Shown: in pieces, positions 27,555-40,047 of the stretch
How positions within the stretch are numbered: position 1 is the stretch's first letter
How the letters are laid out: the number at the start of each line of letters is the position of its first letter
Origin: Octopus vulgaris
Taxonomy: Eukaryota
Direction: 5' to 3'
Length of the DNA: 64,000 nucleotides
NCBI GenBank assembly: GCA_951406725.2
Contig: OX597830.1
Span: forward strand, 54,622,001-54,686,000
Notes under the pieces: generated by a model
The model's input: the letters and a program-made list of their open reading frames with translations, nothing else
What the model was told of the DNA's origin: nothing
Database searches by the model: none
Translations under genes and position numbers: made by a program

Positions 27555-29133
27555 GTTGTTGCTAAACCTGTTTAACCCTGGTTTAGTAAACCTATAATCA
27601 GCGGTGTTGCAGTTATGATCATCCCACCTTTTATTTAAACATTGTATATCTAAGACTATATTATCCAGTGCGTCCTTCGCCACCTAAAAACGCATCTTTT
27701 AGTATGACTTCTATTTCTAGCAGAACGCATGACCGCGTACAGTGTTTGTAGCACGAAAATCAGAGGGGGAACAGTGTTCGCATAAAAAGGTGGTGGTGGC
27801 GCATGGGCGTAGTTTAGAGACTGTGGTTGATTGAAAAGTTGCCAGGGGGGGAGTAGTAAAAGGAGGAGAGACTGGGAGAGTATATGCTGTGGAAGAAACG
27901 GGAGGAGGTGAGAATGTGGAATACTGGGAAATGATGAGGAAGGAATTGAAGGGAAAGGAATTGAAGGAGGAGGAATCGATGAGAGGAACTGATGAGGAAA
28001 CTGAAGTAGTTTTGTAAAACGATCAGAGCCGTCTTAACAGAATTTTAGCCCCCCCCCCCTTACCCTGTACCTGTGTCGGGGCAAAGTAGTGATTTGGTGC
28101 CTTTCCGTACTCAACCACAGCATATATGGAATAGCACTGCACTGAGGCCTCTCCATCCACGGGGCCTCGGGAAACCGCCCAATGTGTTCATGATATTGGT
28201 TTCAACTTTTTGCACAGGGCCAGCAAGTTCTGGGGAGGTTGTAAGTCGATTACATCGACCCCCAGTGCTCAACTGACATTTATTTTTATCGACCCCGAAA
28301 GGATGAAAGGCAAAGCCTACCTCGGCGGAATTTGAACTCAGAACATAAAGATAGATGAAATGCCTTTAAGCATATTACCCGGCGTGCTAACGATTCTGCT
28401 AGCTCGCCCGCCTTCGGTACGCCTATCATGTTAAGATGTCACTGAGTACGATGGTGAGACGAAATGTAAAATGGCTATAAGCGACCTCTATATGACTACT
28501 GGACCAACAGAGAGGGTAGGGAGGGAAAGTGGGGGAGGGAGAGGCGGAAGGGAGGGAGGAAGAGACGCTTTTGCAAAACCGCTAAGTTACAGTGATGCAA
28601 ACAAACCAACACCGGTGAAGGTGGCAAACACAAAGACACATACACATACATATAATGATGAGACCAGATGTAAAACGACTATAACAGATCGCCAGATGTG
28701 AAATACAGCGAACATCCAGATGATTACTGGATGAAGAAAGGGTGAGGGAGGGTAAGAGTGAGAAAAAGAGGGAAGAGAGGGAAGTGAGGGAAGAGAGAGA
28801 AGGTGCGCGTATGTGCGTGAGGGAGAGAGAGAGAGAAAGAAAGGGAGAGGGAGAGAAAGAGAGAGAGAGAGAAAGAGAGAGAGCACATAACAGACGATGG
28901 ACAGAAAAATAAATAGATCGATCAAAATATGTTTTGTTTTCTTTCTTTTTTTAATCTTGAAAAATTATAAAAGACATACAAAAACCATCATGAAAAATAA
29001 AGGAAAAACACATTATCATAATTTATGACAAACATAACCAGCAATCACTGGAGCACTTCTTCTTGACTCGAACCTGCCTGTCAACTGTTTGCATCCTGGC
29101 TGAATGAAATACATTGATGTTATATATCAGCTG

Positions 29134-29408
29134 TCATGTCTTGATAAAAGGAAGTCCTTTGTAATAGGAAAGATCCAGATCAAGAGGTTTGCAAGCCTTC
29201 TTCAACAGCCATTCTTCCATGCAATCTAAAGCTAATGGTTGCTGGTTCACATAGAACTTATTCGCGAATAAATGTTTCTTTTCTGTGAGGTAAAGAATAT
29301 CACCAATTCCGAACACGCAGATATTTCGAACCCAGCGGCCGAAACAAGGGTCACCTTTTTCTCGCCAACCAGCGTATGTAGCCAACCATGGTTTCGTGTT
29401 GGGATCTC
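29134..29408 (-). CDS. GT14 core-2/I-branching beta-1,6-N-acetylglucosaminyltransferase (GCNT-like), last coding exon
   Basis: Acceptor (ctt)n ctgtacccag|GA. Encodes (G)DPNTKPWLATYAGW...CFGRWVRNICVFGIGDI..L...HLFANKF....PLALDCMEEWL...*, the conserved GCNT C-terminus (C.G...R.IC.FG.GDL, LFANKF). Phase matches the upstream exon. Confidence 0.92.
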
Positions 29409-29640
29409 CTGGGTACAGAAGAAGAAGAAGAAGAAAGAGATTTAAAAGACGACGTACAGAAAAGAAGAAAACATTTAGCAGAAGAAAATGGCAAAGAATA
29501 AAAAAATAATTTCATTCAAATTAAATGAAAGAAGAAGTAAATTAGATATTAATCAAATATTTAAAAGAAAATATATGCCATAACATTATGTACATCTACG
29601 TACATACATACATACATACATACATACATACATACATACA

Positions 29641-29671
<31 letters not shown>

Positions 29672-29675
<4 letters not shown>

Positions 29676-30660
29676 TGGGTCATCCCATAAATAATGCAGT
29701 TTTTTTATACTTCTTTTATCTTTCAAAATTAAGATAAAGTTCTTTTTTAATCTAAAACATTTTGGGCTACTGCACCCCCCCCCCCCTTATAGCCTCATAA
29801 TGCTCTCAGCGCCCCCGCCCATATTTTTATGCTTAAATAAATATTTTATATTTTACTAATTTATATATATACTATGAATCATTTAATATTTCATATATTA
29901 TATAATTTGTGTACAACATTATATCATAAATTAACAGCGTCCCGCAATCCACTGCCTTCCTCCCAGCGCCTCCTTTTCTCTACACCCCGCCCCCTTAAGC
30001 ACCAACTCCTACCTAGACCATCTCAACGCCCACCGATGGTGGGGGTGGCGCCCACTTTGCGGACCTTTTCTTCAATGCTCTTCCATCTATCTGGTAGACT
30101 TGCAAGGCCCCTCTTCCAAAATTCACTTGTCCATGACGAAAAATACTACTCCAGTACTGTTCTGACCTCATCTACAGAATTCATATTTTTCCGTATAAAT
30201 GATTTTGAAGACTGCGGAATAAATGATAATTAGATGGGGCAATGTCCAGCAAATGTGGTGGGTGAGGCACCGTTTCCCATTCAAACTGCTCCAGCCTTTG
30301 GAATGCCATCCTCGCTGTATGTGGCCGAGCATTATCCTGATGGAAGGACACCTTTCGTCTCGACCAAAGATGGTCGTTTTTCTTCAAAAGCTGACTTAAG
30401 TCGCTCAAGCTGCTCGCTTTGGTTTGGGTTTAAAAGTTCAAAGTGGACAAAACCTTTCATATCCCACCAAACAGCAAATAATTGTTGTTGACAAAGAACC
30501 GCAGAAATTGTATTCATCTTCATAGACGTCATTGATTGGTTAAAATTGCCGAAATGCAAGAAATTAAACAACAAATAGCTTACAAAATACAGAACTTTCT
30601 CAATAAAGCCAAGAGAAAAAGATGTTTTATGTAACACACTACCAGTATACGAAGTTTAAA
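29672..30660 (-). mobile_element. Mariner relic (DD34D type) with TIR, interrupted at ~29762-30065
   Basis: VWWDMKG..HFELL, FHQDNARPH and DIAPSNYHLFRSLQNHL. TIR-like ttgggtcatcccataaataatgc follows a TA dinucleotide at ~29672. Confidence 0.85.
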
Positions 30661-30772
30661 AGTGTTTAGTTACAAAGAAATTATTTTTAAAATCTGCCGG
30701 TCAGAGCGAAAAGATCCACGTCCAGCGCTGCATACATACATACATACATACATACATACATACATACATACA

Positions 30773-30806
<34 letters not shown>

Positions 30807-31408
30807 CATGCATGTATACATACATACATACATACGTACATACATACATACATACATACATGCATGCATACACACATACATACATACACACATACATACA
30901 CACATACATACATACATACATACATACATACATACATACATACATACATACATACATACATACATACATACAAAAATACCCTGTTGAAATACCAATGGTG
31001 GAGCTTTGGATCTAGGTTACAACCTGGCTCTTTCTCTATTGGCAAGAAATCTTGAACTAAAACTGAACAATGACATACATATAATTGTGTGTATATATGT
31101 ATGCATGTATGTATGTATGTATGTATGTATGTATGTATGTATGTATGTATATATGTTTGTATGTATGTATGTATGTATGTATACACACACACACAAACAC
31201 ACACGGACACACACACACATACATACACACACGCACCCACAGAAGAAACACTCATGTACACTTCGGAATTTAGCGAAAAGCACCGGGTCTGAATGAAGCT
31301 ATCCGATTTCTAACAGTAATGAACGCACGTAGAATCCGATCATTATCTTCTGTATTTACTGCTCATCTGTAGCTTGCCGGGAAACTCTGAGCGGTGTTGT
31401 TGTTGTCG

Positions 31409-31439
<31 letters not shown>

Positions 31440-31808
31440 TACTGCTGTTGTTGCTGCTGCTAATGTTGTTTTATTATCGCTTATTTTCCTGCTCAGCTCT
31501 GATCGAAACCGGCAAATTTATGACCTACGGTGCTCTAATGCTTGATGATAGAAAGAGTGGTCGATGTGAGACTCGGTAGAGCGCCGGGCAATATGGCCTG
31601 CGGTATTTTAGCTAAGCCTCTTTATGGTCGGAGATCAAATACAAACAGGGTCAATTTATCCCATCAGATAAAATACCGCGAATCGATCGAACTTAAAGAT
31701 TTACCCCTCCTCCACAAAGTTGTGACCTCGTGCCTACGCTAGATAGCTTCCTTCTCCTCTCCCCCTCCTCCTCCTCATCATCATCATCACCATCATCATC
31801 ATCTTCAC

Positions 31809-31840
<32 letters not shown>

Positions 31841-31924
31841 CCGTCATCATCACCGTCATCATCATCATCATCACCATCATCACCGTCATCATCACCGTCA
31901 TCATCATAACCGTCATCATCACCG

Positions 31925-31956
<32 letters not shown>

Positions 31957-32254
31957 GTTCTCCTTATCGTTATTATTATAATCATAGTTCTCATCATCAT
32001 CATCATTGTCGTTGTCATCGTCATCATCTTCATCATCACTATCATAATTATCGTAATCTAAACCATCGTTCTCATCGTCGTCACCTTCTTCGTTCTCTTC
32101 AGTATCATCATCCTAGCGACTATTAGGTTTTATATTAAGATGATATTGATGGTAGGTCGGCCGAAGAAAAAAAAATGCCTTGCGCCATAAAACTTGCGGC
32201 TGTTTCCGCAACAGGCGATATGTGTGCATGTATATATATGTGCTATAAGTGTGT

Positions 32255-32858
32255 TATTTCTTTACTGCCCACAAGGGACTAAACATAGAGGGGACAAACA
32301 AGGACAGACAAGGGGATTAAGTCGATTACATCGATCCCAGTGCGTAACTGGTACTTGTTTAATCGACCCCGAAAGGATGAAAGGCAAACTCGACCTCGGC
32401 GGAATTTGAACTCAGAACGTAACGGCAGACGAAATACCTATTTCTTTACTACCCACAAGGGGCTAAACACAGAGAAGACAAACAAAGACAGACAAACGGA
32501 TTATGTCGATTATATCAACCCCAGCGCGTAAATGGTACTTATTTAATCGACCCCGAAATGATGAAAAGCAAAGTTGACCTCGGCGGAATTTGAACTCAGA
32601 ACATAGCGCCAGACGAAATACCTATTTCTATTTCTTTATTACCCACAAGGGTCTAAACACAGAGGGGACAAATAAGGACAGACAAGCGTATTAAGTCGAT
32701 TACATCGACCCCAGTGCGTAACTGGTACTAATTTATCGACCCCGAAAGGATGGAAGGCAAAGTTGACCTCGGCGGAATCTGAACTCAGAACGTAGCGGCA
32801 GACGAAATACCGCTAAGCATTTCGTCCGGCGTGCTAACGTTTCTGCCAGCTCGCCACT
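32255..32858 (-). mobile_element. Family M SINE trimer (one head, three bodies)
   Basis: Two internal junctions gaaata|ggtatttcgtctg (~32438, ~32622). The whole array is flanked by one direct repeat, tgctataagtgt (32241-32252 / 32863-32874). Confidence 0.92.
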
Positions 32859-33602
32859 TAAATGCTATAAGTGTATGAATGCGTGTGTGTGTGCGCGTGC
32901 ATATAAGTGCGACATACATACATATATATGTGTGTGTGTGTGTGTGTGTCTGTACGTGCATGCATATATCACTCTACATGTGTACTGCGATCTCTATTTC
33001 TGTTAATGCAGTCAAGCACTTATCAGATCCCTGACCTATCAATTAATATCTATTAGAAATACATCTCTCAACCACATAAATTCTACGCTGATCTGCTGCT
33101 ATTTGTATTGCTTCCTTTAAAATGTTTTTTTGGTTTTGTTTCAAAAAGTCAGATCAACAATCTTTGATATTTTCATGTTTTGAAATAACAGGAAATACGT
33201 TTTTTTTTAATTATTTTTTTGCTTTTTTCTTTTCTTCTTTAAATAATAGATATCATGTCGGAAAAGTGTGACAGTCACATGTTTGGATTATGTATGTGAG
33301 TGTGCGCGCGCGCAGTATATGTGCATGTTTGTATGTGTGTGTGTGTGAATGTATGTGTGTGTGCATATTTGTATATGCATGTGCACGCGCGCATATGTGT
33401 TTTTCGTTACTGGTGGCGGTAAAAGTAGCACAACTCATTACGAATTGCAATATGTGGCGTAGCTATGTGTTTAAGGAGCTTGCTTTGCAACAAGGTAGAT
33501 TCAGGTTCAATCTCATTGCGCGCCTACTTTGGTAGGTATCTTCTACTAAAGCACTGGGCCGACCAATGCTTTGTGAGCATAACATATCTTTAAACGTCGT
33601 CT

Positions 33603-34100
33603 GTGCAATGGCCCACTGGTTAGGGCTGCGGACTCGCGGTCGTAAGAACGCAGTTTCGATTCCCAGACCGGGCATTGTGAGTGTTTATTGAGCAAAAACA
33701 CCTAAGCTTCACGAGACTCTGGCAGGGGTGCGATTGGTGAATCCCGCTGTACTCTTTCACCACAACTTTCTCTCACTCTTTCTTCTTACTTCTGCCACAA
33801 AGCAGAGGAACCATGGTGTAACCCACTCTGGTGTGGTAAAACTTTCAGACCTTAGTCTAGATTGCGAATCCTCTTGTACCCCAGGATGGTTCAGCTCTCC
33901 ACCCGTTAAAAACCACCGTTTACGGAATGAGAATAACAACGTTGCTTTCGCACCCGTGCAACCGCCAGTCTATCGCGTATGGTGGGTGGATCTTCAAGTT
34001 GCCACACGCATTTTTAGTAGCTTAGAGTAGGCTCGAATTAGAGATTATTCTTTGTGGCTAATGGCGTGAATCCTGATTGGAAGAAGAAGAACAACAACAA
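33603..34100 (+). mobile_element. Chimeric SINE: H1 head + T2 body + (GAA)n/(CAA)n tail
   Basis: Second copy of 12608-13110. Confidence 0.85.
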
Positions 34101-34379
34101 CAGCACCACTGTAAATACGGGAAGAACTTACCATAGTGGATCAAGGATATTTGCGCACCCAGTCGCAGCACTTCCTAAAATGTGAATGCAGTGATCTATT
34201 GTGGTCCCCCCAATTTTTTTTTCTTGTTTGGCCGTGTCTGAAGGAAGGAGTGGTACCCCTGGCTTTGTGGGCTTTGCTAATTCGGAGTGCTTAAGCCATT
34301 AAAGTTACTCCTGCATCTTGGAATGTGTCTATAATGTGTGTATATTTTTTTTCGGCTTTTAATAATTTAAATTCTTCCT

Positions 34380-34726
34380 CTGAAGAAGGAGCTGCTTTCT
34401 AACAAAGATACAAAGCTCCATCTTTAGAATGTAGAAAACGAAAACAATGTCACGTGTTAAACTTGAGAAAAGTCTTGCATAGTTTTACTGTTCCGCTTAC
34501 AAATGGTATTTGTAATGTGCGAGTCGATTGATTTCGTTTTCTGAAAATCCAAGATTATCCAGACAGACAATAAGGCATTTACTTACAAAACCAAATGCAC
34601 CAATTATTAATGGTATATATGTAAATTTGTAATCCGGATATAAAAGCTGGAGGTTTCGAAGCAGTTATCTTCTCTTTGATTTTCAGAGAGATATTCATAT
34701 CAGTAGGACAACTGACCTCAATGACA
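34380..34726 (-). mobile_element. R4/Dong-clade LINE 3' remnant (restriction-like endonuclease region)
   Basis: Minus strand VIEVSCPTDMNISLKIKEKI resembles the ID..CP.D.N...K..EK motif. Confidence 0.6.
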
Positions 34727-35105
34727 GTATGTATGTATGTATCTATGTATGTATGTATGTATGTATGTATGTATGTGTGCATGTGAGTGTATGTGTGTGT
34801 CTGCATGTGTGTGTGCGTGTGTGTGTGTGTAAGTACATGAAATAGTGACTATCAAAATAACGATATACCTATAACTCTATATTTAACAGTTTGAAAAGTT
34901 GGTGAACTGGCAGAAACGTTAGCACACCGGCCGAAATGCGTAGCCGTATTTCGTCTGCCGCACATGTGTTCGTGAAGTAAGAATTACTGTTAACAACTGT
35001 TGTTTCTTGTTAAACTGTTGAATAACTTAACTGTTGGAGTTTTCAATTGAAAACACTTAGTGCTTGTGGTAGCACGCGTTGTTCATTCCCCCTTTGGGGG
35101 GAAGA

Positions 35106-36634
35106 ATGTCGTCTAGCATGGAGCCTACCGTTGGAGCAGAAATACTTGTTTCTCCTGTTGAGAGGAGGAAATACATGTCCGGCGAGGAGCCAACTACAGA
35201 CAAGGAAATAGGGGTTTCCCCCGCTACAAGAAGGAATAGCAGAGAGGATAATATATTTGATATTTTTGGAGATGTGTCTGAGAGCTCGTCAGAACTTTCA
35301 CCAGAAGAGTTTCCGACTTTGCCAGAGAACAAAGGCATTGTGTCGAAGAGAATAATTGATGTGCCTAGCATCCAGATAGAACCAAAAAATGGAAAAAAAA
35401 GTTTTGCGTTGGCTGCTGGGGGTGGAACCCAGATACTGTCGACGAATAAAAGCGAAATTATGAAATACAGCAAAATGATGGAAATAAATGACAACAGTGT
35501 GAAAATTGAACCTCCGCAAAAGTTATTACAGGAAGAAAAGCAAAAAACAATAATTTTCAAAACATATTGTCTACAAAATAGAAAAATTGAAAGAATGTCA
35601 GAAGAGAAAATAGAAAAGTGCTTAAAACCAATATTGGGCGACGTAGTATTTCTGAGAAGAGGAAAAAATTCGGAACGGTGGAAGTAAGGTTCACCAATAA
35701 AGAAATAGCACACAAGAACTCAGTGGAAACGTTGAAAACGAACGACGTGGAGTTAATACCCTATTATATGGGGACGAGGACGTCGCGAATAAAAATTACA
35801 AGGGTCCCGCCAGAGGTCGAACCTATGTGGTTGTTGGCGGCAGTCCTAATCAAAGAGGTAGAAAAAATTACTCTCCTCCAGGCTACCGCTACGGAAAACC
35901 CACGCTGGGATGGTAAAACAATTAATCTTCTCATTCAAGCGGACCCTAAAATAATTCAAACAATTCCTGAGACAATTGAGGTAGGGGAGGAGAACCTCGT
36001 GGTGTTTGTTGAGGGCCGAAAACCTCGATGTTTTTTATGTGGTCAATTAGGCCACATTCGAAGGAACTGCAAGGAAAATGAAGAAGAGGAGGAAGAGGAG
36101 AAAAAAGACAAAGAGGAAGAAGATAAAGAAGAAACAGAATAGAAAAAAACAACAAACAAAAGAAAAATACAACCAGCAACCCAGCCGAGAGCGGCGACTA
36201 CTACAGAACAACGACCAAAAAAGACTGCCAGAAGAGAAAAAGAAGAAAAAGGCATAATAGCCGTATACACTAAAGATACTGAGCTCATGAGAGACATTCA
36301 ACTCATAAAGACTGTAAAAAAAATTGATAACCTTTCAGAGGAATTTATCAATTACGACATATATGAAGTCTCAAATAAGACTTATAGAATTCTACAAAAT
36401 AAGTACAGAAAGACTGTATCTTCATTGAGATTAGATTTTAACAAGTCGATATTTCATGGATTACCAGCTCCGATCCCGCGAGAAAAGGAAAAGGTGGAGA
36501 TTCCCCCTCCACCTGATAATTCTGTGTCGGTGGTGAGACGGGATTTTGACAAATCTATTTCCCAAGACCGTCCACCTCCGACCCTGGATAAAAAAAAGGT
36601 GGAGGGTCCCCCTCCACCGGACAATCCTAATTAA
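35106..36634 (+). pseudogene. Tx1 ORF1 (gag-like, CCHC zinc knuckle), one frameshift and one premature stop
   Basis: KSFALAA motif. Frameshift in the A-run at ~35663. Knuckle CFLCGQLGHIRRNC. The in-frame TAG at 36140-36142 (probably TGG) is followed by an open frame to TAA 36634. Confidence 0.85.
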
Positions 36635-36645
36635 ACAGGTAAGTG

Positions 36646-39600
36646 ATGGCTATTCACATTGGTTGTTTAAATGTTCATGGCCTGTTGTCAAGCTGGAAGC
36701 AAGGACGCTTTCTGAATGACATCAGGTCGAGAAATTTGGATGTAATTGTTGCAACGGAAACCCGGGTGAAGGGGCCAAGAGATCTGCTCCCCCTCCTGAA
36801 CGGCTACGAGAAATACGTTTCTCCGAGTCGGGCGGGAGGTGGGGGTGGGGTGTTGGTCCTACTAAAAAGAAACCGGGTAGCCGAGAAAAAGTTGGTTTTT
36901 TCTGACCCAGAAGGCAGGCTGGTCGTTCTCGACTTGACATTCAGTTGTGGCAAGACAATCAGGCTGGTCGCTATTTATGCACCAAACATTATTGGCCCGC
37001 AAACTGAATATTTTCGTGGCCTAGGAAAGTTCCTAGCCACGTCGCATTCACTAGTAGTGTTAGGAGACTCTAATACAATATGTGCAGCACACACAGATTG
37101 TGTTGGCTCAAACTCGAACATGAACAGAAAATGTAACACAGGCTTTCGGGATCTGCTAAGTCAATTTCAGCTAGCAGATCCATATAGGTTGGAGCACCCG
37201 AACACTCCACAGTGGACGTGGTCAAATAGTGACGGGTCTACCAGAACATATCTAGATAGGATTTTAATTAGAGAAAAAGATAAGTCCATAGTTGAGTGTC
37301 CACAGTTTTTTCTAGTCAGCTACAGTGACCACAAGATGGTTACCTGTAAACTGACGGTAGATAAGTTGCATAGACAGGGATCTGGCTACTGGAAACTCAA
37401 TACGTCCCTTTTGGCGATTGAGGAGTACAGAAAGCGGATCAAGATGTTAATACAGAGGGCATTAACAGGTACCATCATTAATAACAAATGGTGGTACGCC
37501 CTAAAAAGAGCCATCAAATATGAGTCTATTAGGTTTAGCATAAGTTTAGCTAAGAAGGGACGTAAAATAGGAGATGGTCTAGTTAAGGAACTAGAAGAAG
37601 CCTGGAGGACTGGTAATACAGACCAAGCGAGGGTGAAAAGACTGGAGTTAAACCAGCATCTTGAAGCCCACCACATGGGAAGTATTACCAGAGCTAAGTT
37701 ACGTGCAATGGGAAGTGAAGGAATCAAAGCCGCTGGATGGGCCCGAGTGGTGGAAGCTCGGCAAGGAAATAGTTCCTCTATTCGGTCTTTGACGAATCAA
37801 AATGGTGTCTTGATAAACGAACCCGAGAAAATGTGTGAGGTCTTTCGGGAGTACTTCGCCCAGCTGTTCGGGGGTGACGGCGGTCCTGGTGGTGGGAGAG
37901 CCCTCGAGGACTTTCTTACCGGGCTGCCGTGCCTCTCGGGGTCGGATGCGGAGTCTTGCGAAGGGCCAATCACACTTGAGGAGGTGATGGAGGCTTTGGC
38001 CGATTGTAAAGCGGGTAAGTCACCGGGACTTGATGGTCTTCCGTACGAGCTGTATAAATGTATGCCAGACTTGTTCGGGCAACTACTGACTGACGTGTAC
38101 GCGAACTGGAAACAGAATGGGTTTATCCCCAGATCTGTGCGCCGGGGAGTAGTGACGTTGGTCAGAAAGGACCCGGACAAGGGGGACGTTCTAGAGAATT
38201 TCAGGCCCATCACTCTGTTAAACGCAGAAGTGAAGATTTTGGCCAAGGTTCTAGCAAAAAGGTTGGCGCGTGTCGCGAATGGTATAGTCGGGGAGGCACA
38301 GACATGTGCCATCCCAGGCAGAACCATTCAGGATACCCTCCATCTTATTCGCTATACCATAGAGAGGTTTGGTAATAAATCTGGCAAAGGTGGGGCATTG
38401 GTGCATTTGGACCAGTCTAAAGCTTTTGATAGGGTTGACCATCGATACCTAGCGACTGTACTTGCGCGGTTTGGCCTGGGCCTTGGCTTCCTCAGGTGGT
38501 TTATCGCTTTGTACCACAACATTGACTCGATAGTTCGGGTGAACGGTTTCCTTTCGAAGCCGTTCTGCATCAGACGCTCGGTTCGTCAAGGATGTCCGCT
38601 TTCACCACTTTTGTATGTGATGGCTCTCGAGCCATTACTGCAAAGGTTGAGTGGCATCCCGAGAGAACCAGGACTAGAGGAGTTTGTTACGGCTTTCGCG
38701 GATGATATCACTATCAGTGTAACCACAGTGGTACGCCTACGTGAAGTAGGTAAGACTATTGAGGCTTACGAGGAGGTAGCAGGAGCAAAGATTAACCGGG
38801 AAAAGTCGGTCGGCTTGCAGCTCGGCACCTGGGTTGGCAAGTCGATGCCTTCAGACAGTGTTGTTAGGCGCTGGACGGAGGGACCGGTTAAGTTGCTGGG
38901 AGTCTGGTTTGGACCAGGCCTCCAGATAGAGAAGAACTGGACGGAGGTATTGAGCAGGGTGGCTGCAGTAGTCAAGACTTGGTCTTGGCGGTGGCTATCC
39001 CTGAAAGGGAGGGCGGAAGTGGCCAATGTGTTTATCGCATCGGTCATTACCTACCGCCTGACTGTCGTGCCCTGTCCGGATTCGTGGTTGATCAGGTTGG
39101 AGAGACAGCTCTTTCGCTTTTTGTGGAAGGGCAGGTCGCCACTTGTGAAACGCTCTGTCTGCTGTCAAAAGCCTTTAAATGGAGGTTTAGGGATGCCTTG
39201 GTTAATGATGCGCAGACATGCGTTGAGGTTGAGGCACCTCTGGATTCTCCTGGATAGTGAACGGGTGTGGTCTCCGCTGGCCAGACAAATGTTCCCTGAG
39301 TTCAAGAGTTTTTGCGAACAGGAAGCCTGGTGTTCTCGTAGACCGAGGTCGAGTGAGTGGCATAAAGAGTGCCGTAAGGCCCTCTTGCTGTTCCGGCGCT
39401 CGGGCAACGCCAGCGGTGGGGGTTCCACACGGATTTTATATAGTGGGTTGGTAGAGTCTGAATGCGACGATGGCCTGGGGTCGACTCTAGGTCTCGGATT
39501 TATTCAACTGGACAACTTGTTTCATCGTACATTCGGGTTGAGAACGTTGGACAACTTCCAAAAGTCCTTAACCTGGCAATGCTACAGAGGTGCCTTGCCC

Positions 39601-40047
39601 GTTTGGGATAAGCTCGCAAGACATGGTAAACGTCAGTCGCCGACCTGTCCAAGATGCGGTGGGGACAGGGAAACCGTCCCTCACGCTATTGTTCAGTGTC
39701 CGGAGATAACTGAAATGTGGGCTTATGCTGAACATCTGTTGTCCGGCGAAGGAAGAGTACGGCTGTCGACTGAGTCAATTATAAAAATTGACCCACCGGG
39801 AGTTCTAACGAACGAAGGTAAGAATTGTTTTCTCACGGTTGTAGCAATAGCAAAAGAGGCTGTATGGAATACTAGGATAAAAGGAATTAAGACAGGCAAC
39901 TTTATCTCTGGTGACAATTTACGATCCTTTTTTTCTTTTCATTTGAAAAGGAAACTGTGGCTGGAGAAGAGGTGTCTGTCAGAGTGTACGTTCCAAAAGA
40001 GATGGAAGTATGTTGCACGAGTGTTGTGCGTGCAAGGAACCGTGTGA
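36646..40047 (+). CDS. Tx1 ORF2: APE endonuclease + reverse transcriptase + C-terminal CCHC finger (1133 aa)
   Basis: EN motifs LNVHGL, ETR, IYAP, GDSN (usually GDFN), LDRI, SDH. YWKLN. RT motifs KSPGLDG, NFRPITLLN, DQSKAFDRV, QGCPLSP, FADD. Finger CPRC....ETVPH....C. Confidence 0.95.
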   Translation: MAIHIGCLNVHGLLSSWKQGRFLNDIRSRNLDVIVATETRVKGPRDLLPLLNGYEKYVSPSRAGGGGGVLVLLKRNRVAEKKLVFSDPEGRLVVLDLTFSCGKTIRLVAIYAPNIIGPQTEYFRGLGKFLATSHSLVVLGDSNTICAAHTDCVGSNSNMNRKCNTGFRDLLSQFQLADPYRLEHPNTPQWTWSNSDGSTRTYLDRILIREKDKSIVECPQFFLVSYSDHKMVTCKLTVDKLHRQGSGYWKLNTSLLAIEEYRKRIKMLIQRALTGTIINNKWWYALKRAIKYESIRFSISLAKKGRKIGDGLVKELEEAWRTGNTDQARVKRLELNQHLEAHHMGSITRAKLRAMGSEGIKAAGWARVVEARQGNSSSIRSLTNQNGVLINEPEKMCEVFREYFAQLFGGDGGPGGGRALEDFLTGLPCLSGSDAESCEGPITLEEVMEALADCKAGKSPGLDGLPYELYKCMPDLFGQLLTDVYANWKQNGFIPRSVRRGVVTLVRKDPDKGDVLENFRPITLLNAEVKILAKVLAKRLARVANGIVGEAQTCAIPGRTIQDTLHLIRYTIERFGNKSGKGGALVHLDQSKAFDRVDHRYLATVLARFGLGLGFLRWFIALYHNIDSIVRVNGFLSKPFCIRRSVRQGCPLSPLLYVMALEPLLQRLSGIPREPGLEEFVTAFADDITISVTTVVRLREVGKTIEAYEEVAGAKINREKSVGLQLGTWVGKSMPSDSVVRRWTEGPVKLLGVWFGPGLQIEKNWTEVLSRVAAVVKTWSWRWLSLKGRAEVANVFIASVITYRLTVVPCPDSWLIRLERQLFRFLWKGRSPLVKRSVCCQKPLNGGLGMPWLMMRRHALRLRHLWILLDSERVWSPLARQMFPEFKSFCEQEAWCSRRPRSSEWHKECRKALLLFRRSGNASGGGSTRILYSGLVESECDDGLGSTLGLGFIQLDNLFHRTFGLRTLDNFQKSLTWQCYRGALPVWDKLARHGKRQSPTCPRCGGDRETVPHAIVQCPEITEMWAYAEHLLSGEGRVRLSTESIIKIDPPGVLTNEGKNCFLTVVAIAKEAVWNTRIKGIKTGNFISGDNLRSFFSFHLKRKLWLEKRCLSECTFQKRWKYVARVLCVQGTV

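Noticed and set aside
32255-32858. CRISPR-like array
   Set aside because: Units are ~190-bp SINE bodies without unique spacers; eukaryotic context; no cas genes.
35057-35713. 218-aa antisense ORF in Tx1 (ORF0-like)
   Set aside because: Non-ATG start and explained as the shadow of the A-rich ORF1; no independent evidence.
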